A stretch of DNA of 64,000 bases. It comes from Takakia lepidozioides. Its lineage: Eukaryota; Plantae; Bryophyta. A model generated the notes under the pieces. That model was not told the DNA's origin and ran no database searches. It saw only the letters and a program-made list of their open reading frames with translations. The stretch covers positions 52,824,001 to 52,888,000 of the forward strand of contig CM060733.1 of the NCBI GenBank assembly GCA_030704615.1, in the 5' to 3' direction. Below are positions 51,091 through 63,870 of this stretch, piece by piece. Positions within the stretch are counted from its first letter, which is position 1. The number at the start of each line of letters is the position of its first letter. A program made the translations under genes and the position numbers.

Positions 51091-53099
51091 CGCTCATGCG
51101 AAGGGTCCTGCTTCAAACCACCACCACCAGCGCAGGCTGTAGGATTTCGAGGATGAGCACAGCCATGGCAGCGCGTACAATGCGTATTGTACGCGGACAT
51201 CCTCACATGTGGCTACGCTCACAAGCGTCCCCAAGGCGACGCTGCTGGCAAGACTGGTACTGTTCTGATTGCTTCAAATATGTGTGGGCTGTAGAAACTG
51301 CACTGTGCCCCTGGGCATTTTTCGAACCGCATTGAATTAAGGTTTCTTCAAACAATTTCAAGCAGATTTCGGCGAGGAGAAGATCCCAACATTCTTGCGA
51401 GCTCGCCGTTCTTGGGAGAGTCAGCTTGGTCTTAGCAGGCCGTGTTTCAATCTCTGCCTGCTTAGTTGCACCGTGGTGGTTCGATATCACATACCAATCC
51501 AACATTACCTGACTACAGATACAAGCAGCACACACAAGAGGTCCTTTTGGGTTGATGGTCGGTCAAATCCTCCATGGGTCATGACACAAGGTAAAGGACA
51601 ATGTGGTGAGGATACCTTCTTCTTCGACCTATTTCAGCTTGTTTTGCCCTCTCATCAGACTCGGCCCTGAGATGCATATTGAATTTTGTAAGTTAGCTCG
51701 GTGGGTGGATCTATGGTTGTTTAGAGTGACTTTGACAAGTTGCTGCCAATGTGGCAACATGAAAGTATCCAAAAACAGGTAACAGAGATGAGGAGAAGCT
51801 TGGGAATGAACACTTTTCCGACCCTAGTCAATGGCGGGACAATGGAGACAAAAAGGTGAGTGCATGTTGGACTACACTAGAGAGAAGTAGATGCAATTTA
51901 GAATTAGAACTACTGTAATAATTAGGGTTGGGGTGTCACACAGCTTTTACTCACCCATCCCTTCGCTATCCGAGGGGGAAACTCCAAGATAGAAGAGTTG
52001 GATATCTCTAAGCATTCAGCCCACGTGAAACAATCAGTCATGACCTGCAGCTAGTGAATCATTGTTGGGTTTTCAATTATATTCCTTATCAGTTTATATT
52101 CCCTGTTTATCATGACCAGGTATCTTTTTAAGCGTCAGATTGCTTCTTGGGCCCCCTGATTTCATTCATACACAGCTTCACTCAAGTCTCTCAACACAAG
52201 GTGTTTGTATCGGATGAGAATCAGATTAATCATAATCGGATACATGCTGATGTCCTAACTTCTCTAATCTATCCCTCTAAGTAATCCTACATCTCGTACT
52301 AACTCTGTCCTATAGTATCTCCTTCCTCCTCACCAGCTTCCCTTTCTCCGATCTTAGTCCTTCCCCAGGAGTGATCTCCATCCAAAAAAAGTGGTCCTCT
52401 CCCTTCTCCGCTGCCCCCTTTATCTCCTTCCCCCCTGTTCTAACCGTTTCCCTTGACTAACCGTCCTCCGTGAATTACATGTTCCCCGGTAGATGTTGTT
52501 CCCCACAGTCGTTCCCTGTCATGATAACCGTTCCCTACGACTGTGACGGGGGGTGCTATTCCATGAGCCCGGAGGCGTGAGCCTGTGAGCCCAGGAAAGC
52601 GTGAGCCCAGCAGAGGCTCACGCCACGTCAGCATGCAAACAGTGCCTATTTCCGCGGATGTCACCTATTTCCGAGTGGTGTCACCTATTTCCGCGGGTTG
52701 ATGTGGGTAGAATTGAGAATGCCTGAACAGTTTTTGATGAGGTGGACTTCACCGTGATGGATTCACCAACCATTCTTCTAGCAGGAATAGTTTGGGGACC
52801 AACTAGCAAATGATGCGAGAATGCTCTACACGAACCAAAGTGGTTTGTTTGTTTTCGCAATGTGCTCCAGTCTGTGAGGTCCACAAAACATCAAATAGAT
52901 TGAAGGAACAATCCAGGCAGTCCATGCAACCCCCATCTCCAACAATAGTTTGTAACCATGAATGTGAATTCCATGCACACATTGCAAACAGGACAACAAA
53001 GACACACAACCATCCCATTTCAAATTTGGCCCAGAATTAAACCAAAAGAAAACTTCATATCAAGTGTCGCAGTCATCACAATCAGTGTCCACCTCCTGT

Positions 53100-56000
53100 G
53101 CTATGTCATCTACAAAGATTCTGCCCCAACACCACGTGTTCTACGAAGGCCGTCGTAAGGTGGACTCGGAGTGCCATGAACGGACATGCTTGCTGCGAGT
53201 GCCTCCGCATAGACAGGTAGCACGCAAGACCGAGGAGGACTGCAAACAAGTCCAAATAGGTGTGATAGCCCTGGAGGGCAAGTGGGAAGCACGCGGACTC
53301 CTGCACATGTCCACAAAACCCCATTTTTAACACAATGATGCAATGCACAAGTCCAACAAAGAGGATGTCTCCCATGTGCACTTTGCCTGAAGAACAGCGA
53401 CTCTCGATATTGAAACAACAATGAAAGCATGCACAGGTTGAACTTACTCACAGGCAAAGTCGGAGTCCAGCTCCTTGTCAGAAGTCTCCTCTGTATCAGT
53501 ATCAACGGGACGGGGCTTCGGAAGGACTTGAGAAGTGTGTCCACCCAAACCCATCAGGAGGTTCTTGTAAATCTCAGCATCCCCTTCAATCCCAAAGACA
53601 TGTCGCGCACTGGCCTTGCAAGCGTGGTAAGAACACCTGCAGTGGAATAGAATGAATGAAGAAGACATTGAAGACACATTCGGAACGGTGGGAAGTGCTG
53701 AAAGTGCAAGCTCAATCAAACCTCATGAAATGTGAATGTTGAAGAGACGAACCTGTGCCCATCGACAAATCCAGAACTCTGGCGTCTGTGTAGGTGCAGC
53801 ACTCCACAATCGTTTGAATGAAAGCCGGACTCTCTCCCTCGCCCGTCTCCAAGGAACCCCATTCCCCCTTCGCAAGCACACGTTGCTGTCGACGTAGTTG
53901 TGATGCATGTCATCCGTGGGGATCTGTCCTGTCATCTATGAACTTGGCCCCATGAGTGATGGCAACTCGGTAATGCCGGCCGGAGTCGTTTGTGGATGCA
54001 CCCGGACGAGACAAACAGCTTCAAACAGACGAGTCTGCGAACATGACATCCACAAGGAACTAAGAAGCCAAAAAAAATCGGGCCCCCTACATATGAGTTC
54101 GAGCGACCTATACAACCCCATCGGAGAACAACCAAGAAGAGGAAGAAGAAGGCAAACTCACCATCTCTCCCGGGCGATCCCCCTTCGTAAGGTACATGCT
54201 GTTCACACAATTCCATGTCTTCACGACTCTCATGCCCGAGGCTTTCAAATAGCTGAAAGTGCATGGCGACACCGACCGTCGATGGACTGGATGAGCACCA
54301 AAACACCTGCATCGGACAGGAAGAAGTTGCAAAAGGAGAAAACCCACCGCCAGTAGCGCTCATCAAAAGCATTCCAACCCGGACAAGCGGATATCCGGGA
54401 CTGCCAACCCATCAGGGATGTCCAAGATGATGAGTTCGGCTGCATATGGCTTCTCCTTCCCGTTCACCCAGGATTTGGTCATTTTTAGCCTGCAAACAAA
54501 AATACAATGGAATTCTCACAAGTTTAGAAACGATCCATGCCCACAGCAGACAAAACAACAGAAGCCACAGAACCCAAAGAGAACACGCACCGTGCTGAGG
54601 AATTGCACAATCCTGTCCCACACTGGTGATGGCTCGCCCTTGTAATCAGATTTCTTCGACTCCATCATGGCAAGGAACCCGACGTTGGCCATCTCCAACC
54701 TGGTTGGGCGAATGACCCTCGTGGGATGTTCCACTGCATGGTACGGGTCCTTGGGATCAACCACCCCCTTGTTTTTCTCCCGGATCCCCTACCATGCGGT
54801 GGAGTCTGCTGGACATGCTCCACAGGGCCAATATCTGCAACACTTCCCTGCCCTTGTGCCACCTTCCCTCTACCCCTTCCCTTCCCCACAACACCAGCAA
54901 CATCTTTTCCCTTGCCTTTCTTCCTACCTGGGGTATCGTGAGCGGGAGGCTCCTTCTCTGCAAGAGTCCTCAAATTTCGTTCATGAATGTCGAGGTCGGC
55001 TGCTGCGGCAGTGGCTGCAATACGGTCATTCTCTCTCCTCAAAGACACCTCTGGAGCTGGGGTCTCAGAAGGAGGGCAATCCAAATACCAACCACAAGAA
55101 GAAAGATGGTCTGGGCCCCAGTCATGCAAGATCCCAGTAGTAACATGGTCTGGTTGCCAGCAGGGACAAGCCACAGGTCCACGAAATCTGGATGTTTGTC
55201 CAGGCAATTCTCTTCCAGGAGAACAAACTTTATGTACCTGCAGCAACAGAGACAGCCTCATTTTACAATGGAAATATTGTGTGGCAACTTTTCCATCACA
55301 CCAGGAAGACCCCCTTAAACAGTATGCCCACACACACATTGCAACCACAGCACAAATAAGTAGTGCAAGAGTGTGCACTGTAAAGGCATCGTTTCCAGGC
55401 TCCTCTCCTTTTTCTTGCTGGTCCAGCTCATTTGTTCGACTGATGCCACCCTCCTTGCTGAACTCTCTAAAGAAACAAGAGTGCCACACTGTGGCTCTCC
55501 ATTTCCTCATGTATGCTTCGAAGGACACCTTCGGTGCTATCATACTGATGCCATAGTCAGCCAGTTGAGTATGCAGAACCGATCTGGCCCTTTCTTCCAA
55601 CTGCAAAACAATACAAATGCAAGAATGAACCAAAAGCAATCACAGCGAATGTAAGAGGCAATAGAAAGATAAGGACAGGAAAAGAGAAAAGACAGTGACA
55701 CAGGGAAGGACATCACACCTGGCTCCAGTAAGTGGCCTTGTGAAGCCAGGTGTCCAGCACATTGTCACTGACAGGAATGACACGCTGGGTCTTCTTCTCT
55801 TTCTCCGGCCTTGGGAACATGTGGGTATCCCTAACTGTGGGATCGGAGTTCCATATCTGCAGCCACTTCACCTTTTGTTCTGGAGACACAACGGCGGTAG
55901 ACAGCCTGTGCAACTTCTCCTGGGCCATTTCTGGCTTGCCTGGCTTGTTATAATGGTTTTTTCTCCAGGAGAACTGCGGTCCGAATGATGGGTCGGCAAT

Positions 56001-59000
56001 TCTCAACTGCTTCACGAAAGCACTCATTATAGTCCTTCTTGTAGCGGTCATCTCTTTCTGGATGCGACTCTCAACCCCCTTTGCTGTCCTTCTCTCCTCA
56101 GGGGTAGAGCTGTAGTATTCCAGTTTGCCACGCTCCCCTGCATCTGCAATGTCTTGCTGCAAGGGAATGCAAGAGAGTTGCATCAGCACAAGGTCAAGGG
56201 AAACAAACATGTGGAATATGGAAGACCAGATGAAGGAAGATGTATCTCACCGTGTACATGTACTCCATGAAAGCCTCACGGTCAACGAGTACCACGTTTC
56301 CGATGTCTTGGAGCTTTCGCACTTCTTGTACATCTCCGCTGAAAGGATGGTCTTGAAGTTGGTCAAGGGCATCTGCCCTATCCTTTGTATCCTATACAGT
56401 GTGTGAACCAAACTCGTTTTGACATGCGATGTCTCCGTTCCTCTGCAGAATGATATCTGTAAGTCAGAATGAAATTCAAGGTCTTCAATCAAAGAAGAAC
56501 AAACCACAAGTGGAACATGTAGAATGAGAAACCAACCTGTTCACATCATTCATTGCCGTCAAAGACCCATCATGTTCCCGTCACAATCCAGCACCATCGA
56601 TCGAACAGAGTAATGCCACTCTTCCTCCTGTGAGTGCAGCCTCCCAATGACAGCCATCCATGCAAGCAAGCGGTGGTTCCCATCCCAAACGTGAACATCT
56701 TTCCCGAGAATGCCTGGGTGGAAGGTTTTCCTGAAGAAGAAGTTCGAAGGATTCGTTCAGCTGTCTCCAAATGGGGTCCCAGGAGTCCACGATTGACTGA
56801 TCCACGAGGAGCTCATTACCTTTGGAATCCCTAGTAGAAACGTAAAAGACTGCGGATCCATCCAAATACCCATGCACAAACTCGGCCTCCAGCTTGAGAA
56901 TGTCCTTGACGAGGGGTGTACGAACGACGGGCATGGAAACCAACCTACACAGGGGAATCTTCAACCTCCCACCCGGGGCAAGCATACTTTGCACCACAAG
57001 CTGAGAGTTTACCTTCTGACCCCCCAGCATCTCAGCGGCTTTGCTTTCATAGAACTCATCGTCCACATCAACAATTATCTCCTTCTCCTGACCCGAAGGG
57101 ACCTCATCTGCCACACTTTGCATCTTCTCCTGCAGGGTTGTTCATTCAACTTGATATTAGAGAGGGCATGAAACGTCGGCTGAGGCATGAAAAAGTGGCT
57201 CAAAGAGTGTGCGTTGACGCACAGTATTTTAAGCTGCCAGGTAAGTGTACATTGACCAGACATGTCCTATGTTGCCGAATTCCACAGAAAAGACAATGTA
57301 AGTGGGCTCAAACAGTGTGCGTTGACGCACACTGTTTCACTTGCCATGTAAATGATCATTGAACATCTACTTGTGCCAGGTAAGTGTTCATTGTAAACTC
57401 CAAGATATGCGGCCGATTTTGGATGAAAAAAGTGAAAGGTGAGTTCGAGTGTGACATGTACAGCTCAAACAGTGTGCGTTGACGCACACTGTTTGCCACA
57501 TCCTCAGAAACGTGCCCTAAATGCCGAATTTCAATCAAAAAAACACTTACATGTTCAGCTCAAACAGTGTGCACACTGTTTGAGCTGCCACTGAATGGTT
57601 TTTCATCATCATAAACCTGCCCTGGAAGTCCGAATTTCAAAAAAGCTCAAACAGTGTGCGCGCACACTGTTTGAGCTGCCACTGAATGGTTATTTCATCA
57701 TCATAAACCTGCCCTGGAAGTCCGAATTTAACACCAAAAACAGTGACATGTACAGCTCAAACAGTGTGCGCGCACACTGTTTGAGCTGCCACATCCTCAG
57801 AAACATGCCCTAAGGAAAAACACTTACATGTTCAGCTCAAACAGTGTGCGCCAACGCACACTGTTTGAGCTGCCACTGAATGGTTATTTCATCATCATAA
57901 ACGTGCCCTGGAAGTCCGAATTTAACACCAAAAACAGTGACATGTACAGCTCAAACAGTGTGCGTTGGCGCACACTGTTTGAGCTGCCAGTGATTTTCAT
58001 CCTCAGAAACGTGCCCTAAGCCGAATTTCAATCGGAAAAAAAACACATGTTCAGCTCAAACAGTGTGCGCCAACGCACACTGTTTGAGCTGCCACTGAAT
58101 GGTTATTTCATCATCATAAACCTGCCCTGGAAGTCCGAATTTAACACCAAAAAAACACGTACACATCCTCAAAACGTGAATTTCAATCGAAAAAACACTT
58201 ACATGTTCAGCTCAAACAGTGTGCGAAGCTGCCAGAATGGTTATTTCATCCTCAGAAACGTGCCCTAAATGCCGAATTTCAAAAAACACTTACATGTTCA
58301 GCTCAACAGTGTTTTGAGCTGCCACTGAATGGTTATTTCATCATCATAACCTGCCCTGGAAGTCCGAGTGACATGTCAAACAGTGTGCCGCACAGCAATT
58401 TCGCCCTAAAATTTCAATTTACATGTTCAGGTGTGCACACTGTTTGAGCTGCCACTGAATGGTTATTTCATCGCCTTGGAAATCCGAATTCATGACATGT
58501 TCAGCTCAAACAGTGTGCGTTGGCGCACACTTTTGAGCTGCCACTGAATGGTTGCCCTGGAAGTCCAATTTGGCAGCTGTGTGCGCCACGCACACTGTTT
58601 GAGCTGCCACTGAATGGTTGTCATCATAAACGTGCCCTAACGAATTCACACGGACAAAACGTGACATGTAGAGCTCAAACAGTGTGCGCACACTGTTTGA
58701 GCTACCACTGAAGGGTTCTGTCGTCCTGACATACATATCCTGAAAACCGATTTCCAGACGGAAACAGCAGTGAAATGTTCAGCTCAACTGATTGAGCTTG
58801 CAATTTGGTTGTATTGACCTGCTGTAGTGCCCAAGTTTGGGCGTTTCGCACCTGAACAATCAAGCAAATTGGTAGGCCAACACGTTGCCGCACACTGTTT
58901 GGGCTTCCAGTTTGCGGTGCTTTCAGCTGGTGCAGATGTCCTGTGTGGGCTATATTCATATCAGCAACGAAACACAAATGTGGGTCTTAAAGATTTCACC

Positions 59001-59400
59001 TTTTTCTTGGCTGCTCCAGAAGACTCCCCAATTGCCGGGGACCCTTTGCGCTTCGGGCTGCTCTCTGCGCCGAGCGTGTACGTGAGCCTCTCCCCTTCCT
59101 CTTTCCCGCAGGCAGACTCCTCGTGAGGCCACCTTCAACATCCTCTTCCATCTCGTCTGTCTCTCCTCAGATGCGGTGTCCTCTTCATCTGTTCTTGGAA
59201 CTATGGCGGGCTGCTGTGTTCTTCTGCTGATTCCTGCTCCTCCATCGCCACACTTTCCTCTACTCCCTCTTCTACCTCCTTTTCCTCTTCGTCCACTCTT
59301 TCCATCCTCATTCTATCTCTGGCTCTATTCCTGTTTTCTAGAGCTCGTGAAGTATAGTGACTTCCTTCTCTTCCTCCTCCGCTGAAACAAGGGCTCCCCA
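53100..59400 (-). pseudogene. Multi-exon gene: acidic N-terminus - ParB/Srx-like domain - beta-class N6A/N4C amino-methyltransferase fold - Cys/His-rich (RING-like) tail; frameshifted as assembled
   Basis: VWDGNHRLLAW at about 56660-56690; ELIILDIPDG at 54408-54437 followed by FLSDAGVLV; PW..ARE/SPAFIQTIVECCTYTDARVLDLSMGTG at about 53753-53860, spliced to CSYHACKASARHVFGIEGD; HPLCWTC near 53350. GT-AG junctions near 59000, 57129, 56537, 56442, 56251, 56156, 55718, 55600, 54592, 54489, 53753 and 53636. Confidence 0.7.
57190..58710. repeat. Array of about 12 long palindromes (CAGCTCAAACAGTGTGCG-N0-4-CGCACACTGTTTGAGCTG) with repeating linkers
   Basis: Clear copies near 57461, 57556, 57644, 57752, 57833, 57947, 58052, 58502 and 58671, plus partial copies. 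Two linker types alternate. Confidence 0.93.
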
Positions 59401-60256
59401 CGATGCCTCTAGAGCTCTCCAGTTTGACGTTTGTAACAAGTGCTGCTATGGCATGTAACCAAATCGAAATTGGACGTTGTCAACCATATTTGGATGCGGG
59501 TGTTGTTATTGTGTGCGAACGGAATTCATCCATTCCGTCGTCTCCGTATTATCCAAGCAATAAAGCGCTAGAAAAAAAGTACATCCGTTGCATGCACTAG
59601 CGATATATGTCAGATGTACTGCGCCGCCTGCCAATACACCGCGGCCTTCTTGCTTTCTTTCAAATTCGGATGTGCCGTAGAAATCTAATGCTAGTTCATT
59701 TTCGAGCAGTTCTTGCAGATCCGCAATAATTGTTTATGCTTCACATATGCATCCACGTGTGTTGTACTGCCTACCCTGTGGTTTGCATTTTACCGTTACC
59801 GTCGCCATGGGGTCATTCGGCATAAAGGGTTCTGTCGGATACGACCATGTCTGGCACGCATTCGTGCGAGGTATCTTCTGCAGTGTCAGTGTTTGTGTTG
59901 TGCTCTTCTGGCACAGCACAACCTCATGACATTGTGGTCTTCCTGTTTACTGCTCTCCAGGGTTTGTTGCCGTCTTTCATAATGGATGGTTTCATGTCGT
60001 TTTCAGTGTTTTGTTTTCATCCATAAAGCACGGCTTCTTGTAGTATTTGAAAACAGTTTTTCTGGTTAGTGCCTCTTGCGTTGCTGTTTCCGAAGTGAAG
60101 GTGCATCTCATCCCTACATCCTTTGCATGCATCACCTGCAACCTTTGGATTGGAGCTACCCTTGTTGACCTCGTTTGCTTGTCTTAATTCCCCTTTTTCG
60201 GTAATTGCGGGCTATCAGTTCGAGGATTCCGCAACTTTCGTTCAGTGAGGGAAAAC

Positions 60257-63200
60257 ATGTCGAGGGAGCGAGATACACTTGCTCGATTCCATTCCAATGC
60301 AGGTACTCTTCCACTGACTGCCACTGCAGACGACGATGGGTTTGCAGTTGTTCATGAGGATGAGCTGGTTACAGTGTTCCCGCTGGAGTTGGGTTCTCTC
60401 CTTGTTCAAAAAGAGGTGTATGACGAGGATGGGAATTTGGATTCTGGGCACTTGGAGAAACCATTGGTTGGCAAGTGTGGAAGGAAGTGGAGAGTCCTTC
60501 CAGGCACATACCGTGTCCTTGGAAAAGAGAGAAGACAATCAGCAGGATCGGTCGTTACCCCTGGCACTGCAGCATCGGTCGTGCAACAGAAGGGCACAGT
60601 TCCTGTGAAACAAGAGGTGAGCACATCCACTACCTTCGTGACTCTTTCAGACTCGTCCTCGGAGGATGTTTCTGAGATTCCTCCGCCAGTGCAGACTCCG
60701 TCATTGGATGATGACGAATTGCAAGAGATAACGAGTGTCATTCCAAAATTGAAAGCCCTCGCAGGTGTGCCTGGGTGCAAGAGCGAGCTGCGTTTTGTTG
60801 ATTGGGAGTCCCTTCCTGTGCAACGGGTTCAATACGTGCCAGCACAGTTTGATGGGGACATCCTGTTTGAGCTCAACCCTCCCACCTCTTCCACTGGACT
60901 GGCTGGGCTTTTATAGGGCATGGACAAGAAACATGACGGACATCCTTGGTGCAGGACAAAAACGTCGAACATCCATAACGACATTGGCTTGAAATTTCGG
61001 AGGTCGGTCTGCGTTGGCATTGTAAGTGCCAGAATATTTCTTGCCCTCGCCTGAGAAACAACGCTCAACCAAACGAAAGTGAGTGGGAAGGTGTGCCCCT
61101 GAATCCTTTCACCCCAGGGCTTGCCCCTCCCAGGACCAATACTTTCGTGTGCAGGTTCTGCAAACTTTCCCCGTCCTGTGTTTCTGTGTGCCACGCTCGT
61201 ATGTATCAGGTGGCACACCGATGCAAGACAATGACTCGTGCCTGCATTCATATGGGTGCACACGAGCATCCTGTGTCCAAAGGAAGTTGCAGGGATAGCG
61301 TGGACATCGCTAGAAATCTGCTGAAGCAGGAGTTCCACAATGCCCCTTGCAACCCTTCTGCTATAGCGCTTGCAGCTAGCAAGGCATTCCTGGAGAAACA
61401 CATACTGAAAGGGATGCGACACAACTTATGCTGATGCAGATTCGCTTAATGCAGTCATGGACCATTTCTCCGTGTTGAGCTCTCCCAATATTCGAAACCA
61501 GGTGAATGCACTCAGAATGGGCACAGGCACTGCTGGATTCATGGACAACATTATGGACCCTGAAACGGAGGAGTCGCTATGAATTCATTCAAAACAGTAT
61601 CTTCCCTGGCCAGGCTCGTCCAAGGTGTATTTGTTCAAGATGTCCGCTGTGGGCGAAGGCAGTGGTGTGTGAGCATTGTCCGCCGTATGCAACCAGGAGG
61701 AGATTTGGCTAAATGTTGTTAATGTTTGATCACTGCAAACGGGTGAAGGGTTGGACAACCATGGCGTGCCATGTGTATGATCCGGCGTACCAGCGTGTGC
61801 TCTCCATAGCAATTTGTGATATGCAGTCGGAGGACACTGAATCCCAAATGCTCATGTGGAATTCGCTCTTGGCCGTCATGCAGCGCAATGGAATACAAAA
61901 CACAAATTTTGCGGGCTTCATGGCTGATAGTGCACAGGCAAATTTCAATGCAGTGCGACGCGTGTTTGGTTCGGGGGATCCTAAGGTCCCAATGGAAAAG
62001 GGAGCGCACATGCCTCTTCCATTGGACTCAATCTCTGGCACGTCATACAAAGCGCTGCATTCGCCCTGACCTGCAGTTGGAGCACAGAAGGCTCTGTCTC
62101 AAGTACAAGAATGCCACCTCAATGGGAGAAGCTGAGAGCACTTACCAGGCAATCCGGGCTTGGTGGTTCTCCTCTGGTGCTGCAACAGGTACCCACGTAA
62201 AGGAGTTGGAGGACTGGTTGGTTTTCTGGCACTTCAGGTACAGACAGTGGGGAGCTTTCATGACGACGGTAAGCCTCTTCAATCCCAAAAACAGAAATTT
62301 TGCATCGTGCCTGTTCATTTGGGGTTCTTCGATTGTCACTTGAAGAACCTCTACCATTTGTTTTCGTTCCTCACATATCCATGCAATGCCTCCTGCAGGA
62401 CATGTCCTTGGAGGACTTGGCCGACATGCCATCCTGTAATTTTGGCGAGACTGTTCACAACGCCTGGATGCAGCAGTCTACCAAAGCAGGTCGTGACTTG
62501 TATGTGGCCACTGCTGATGACATGGTGCGTGCACTTACACAACAAACCAGGTACCGCAATTTTCTGATGGGACGGGGTGGAGGCAAGGGCCCTGATACGA
62601 CTTTGTTGATGCTAAGGGCTGCGAGTAGGTCCGGAGTCCCGTCGAAGATGGCCAGAGCTCTAAACAGATGCACTGAAGGGTCCGCTCTACAATCCAGATC
62701 CCCCATTTGGAAGGCGAGGAAAGATTTGGATCATGCAAAAGGAAATTGAACACTCTTCCAGGGTCAGATGGAGATTCCCATCGGCCAGACAGGGTCAATT
62801 TCTCTGTGCCAAAGGTGTCTCCACTGCAGACTGAGTCGTGTGCCCGCCCCTTCCCAGGTGGGTCCTCCTCCAGTGGAGCAGGTGCAGAACATACAAGCAC
62901 AGCAGCGGGAATCCCATTGGAGGAGGCGGTGGCCATGGTGCAGGAATCCGATTGCATTGATAGTGAGTGGCATATAGAACGCACCCCACCAGGATCTAGA
63001 GTGGCTTGCATGGCAATTCGGACCCCCTCATTCAAGAAATGCAAATCAAGATATGCAAAGGCTCCAGGGGGACTCCAGCTCCAACATTCACAGGGTTGTT
63101 CCGACCTTATCATAGTGGGGAGTCAAAGGACCACAAATTTTGGTTCTGCCCAGACGATATGGCACGATGCGTGAAGGGAACAGTTCGTCCTTCGGTGATA

Positions 63201-63870
63201 ATGAAACCCCTCCCCCCGCAATTTGGCCTGTGCAAATTGGGACGTCGCTGTCATCAACCGAGATAAGCATGCTGGAGGAGGGAGGGTTCTGTCTTGCATG
63301 GTCCCGGGTGGTGCCCTCATGCACTGTCGGCACAGATGTGCCACATGCTCCGGCAATGCCGCCACCCGGTGCCGACTCCCACCGAACAAAAAGAGATGGA
63401 AAACAGTGCGCCGTTTCGCTTCGGGTGCAGATCACGAATGCAAGATGGAATCTGCTAGAATTTTGCAGGCTCGGGTGTCTCGTATCACCGAAGTCCCTTC
63501 TCCGGGGTATGGACGGATTTACACAGTGCTGTCAATTGGGTCAGTTCTTCATGGCAAAGAATATCAGGTTACCGTCGGGAATTTCCCTTCGTGCACTTGT
63601 CCGGACTTTGTAACGATGCGTGAGGGCGCTCTCGGCATGAGAGGGAAGTGGGTCCCCTGCAAGCATCAATATTACATATACCTTGTGATTATGTGTTGCG
63701 ACGGTAAGAGACCAATTCATCCACCAAGCCACACTAGGCTATGGAGAAGTGAACACCCTTCTACAGCGGGACACCTCGCGTGGAGCTCCGCCAACTTCTC
63801 TTTGAACACATACGAGCCATGCCCTTCCCATGCTGGTTGGCAAGTTGCCGTGAAGACTTTGCATTTCTGA
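60257..63870 (+). pseudogene. Mutator-like (MULE) DDE transposase with upstream zinc-binding domain and C-terminal SWIM finger; frameshifted as assembled
   Basis: CRFCK..C...CHARMY..HMGAHEHP; MFDHCKRV..WTTMACHVYD; FMADSAQANFNAVRRVF; RERTCLFHWTQSL (CxxH); WL.FW..R...W; intron about 62269-62398; CNFGETVHNAW; SWIM CTCPDF..(x14)..CKH. Confidence 0.8.

Noticed and set aside
57190-58710. CRISPR-like array of palindromic repeats
   Set aside because: Linkers are repeated rather than unique, there are no cas genes, and the context is a eukaryotic intron.
60034-60046. TTCTTGTAGTA as the right TIR of the 50159 element
   Set aside because: It ends in TAGTA rather than TAGTG, lacks subterminal repeats and has no matching TSD.
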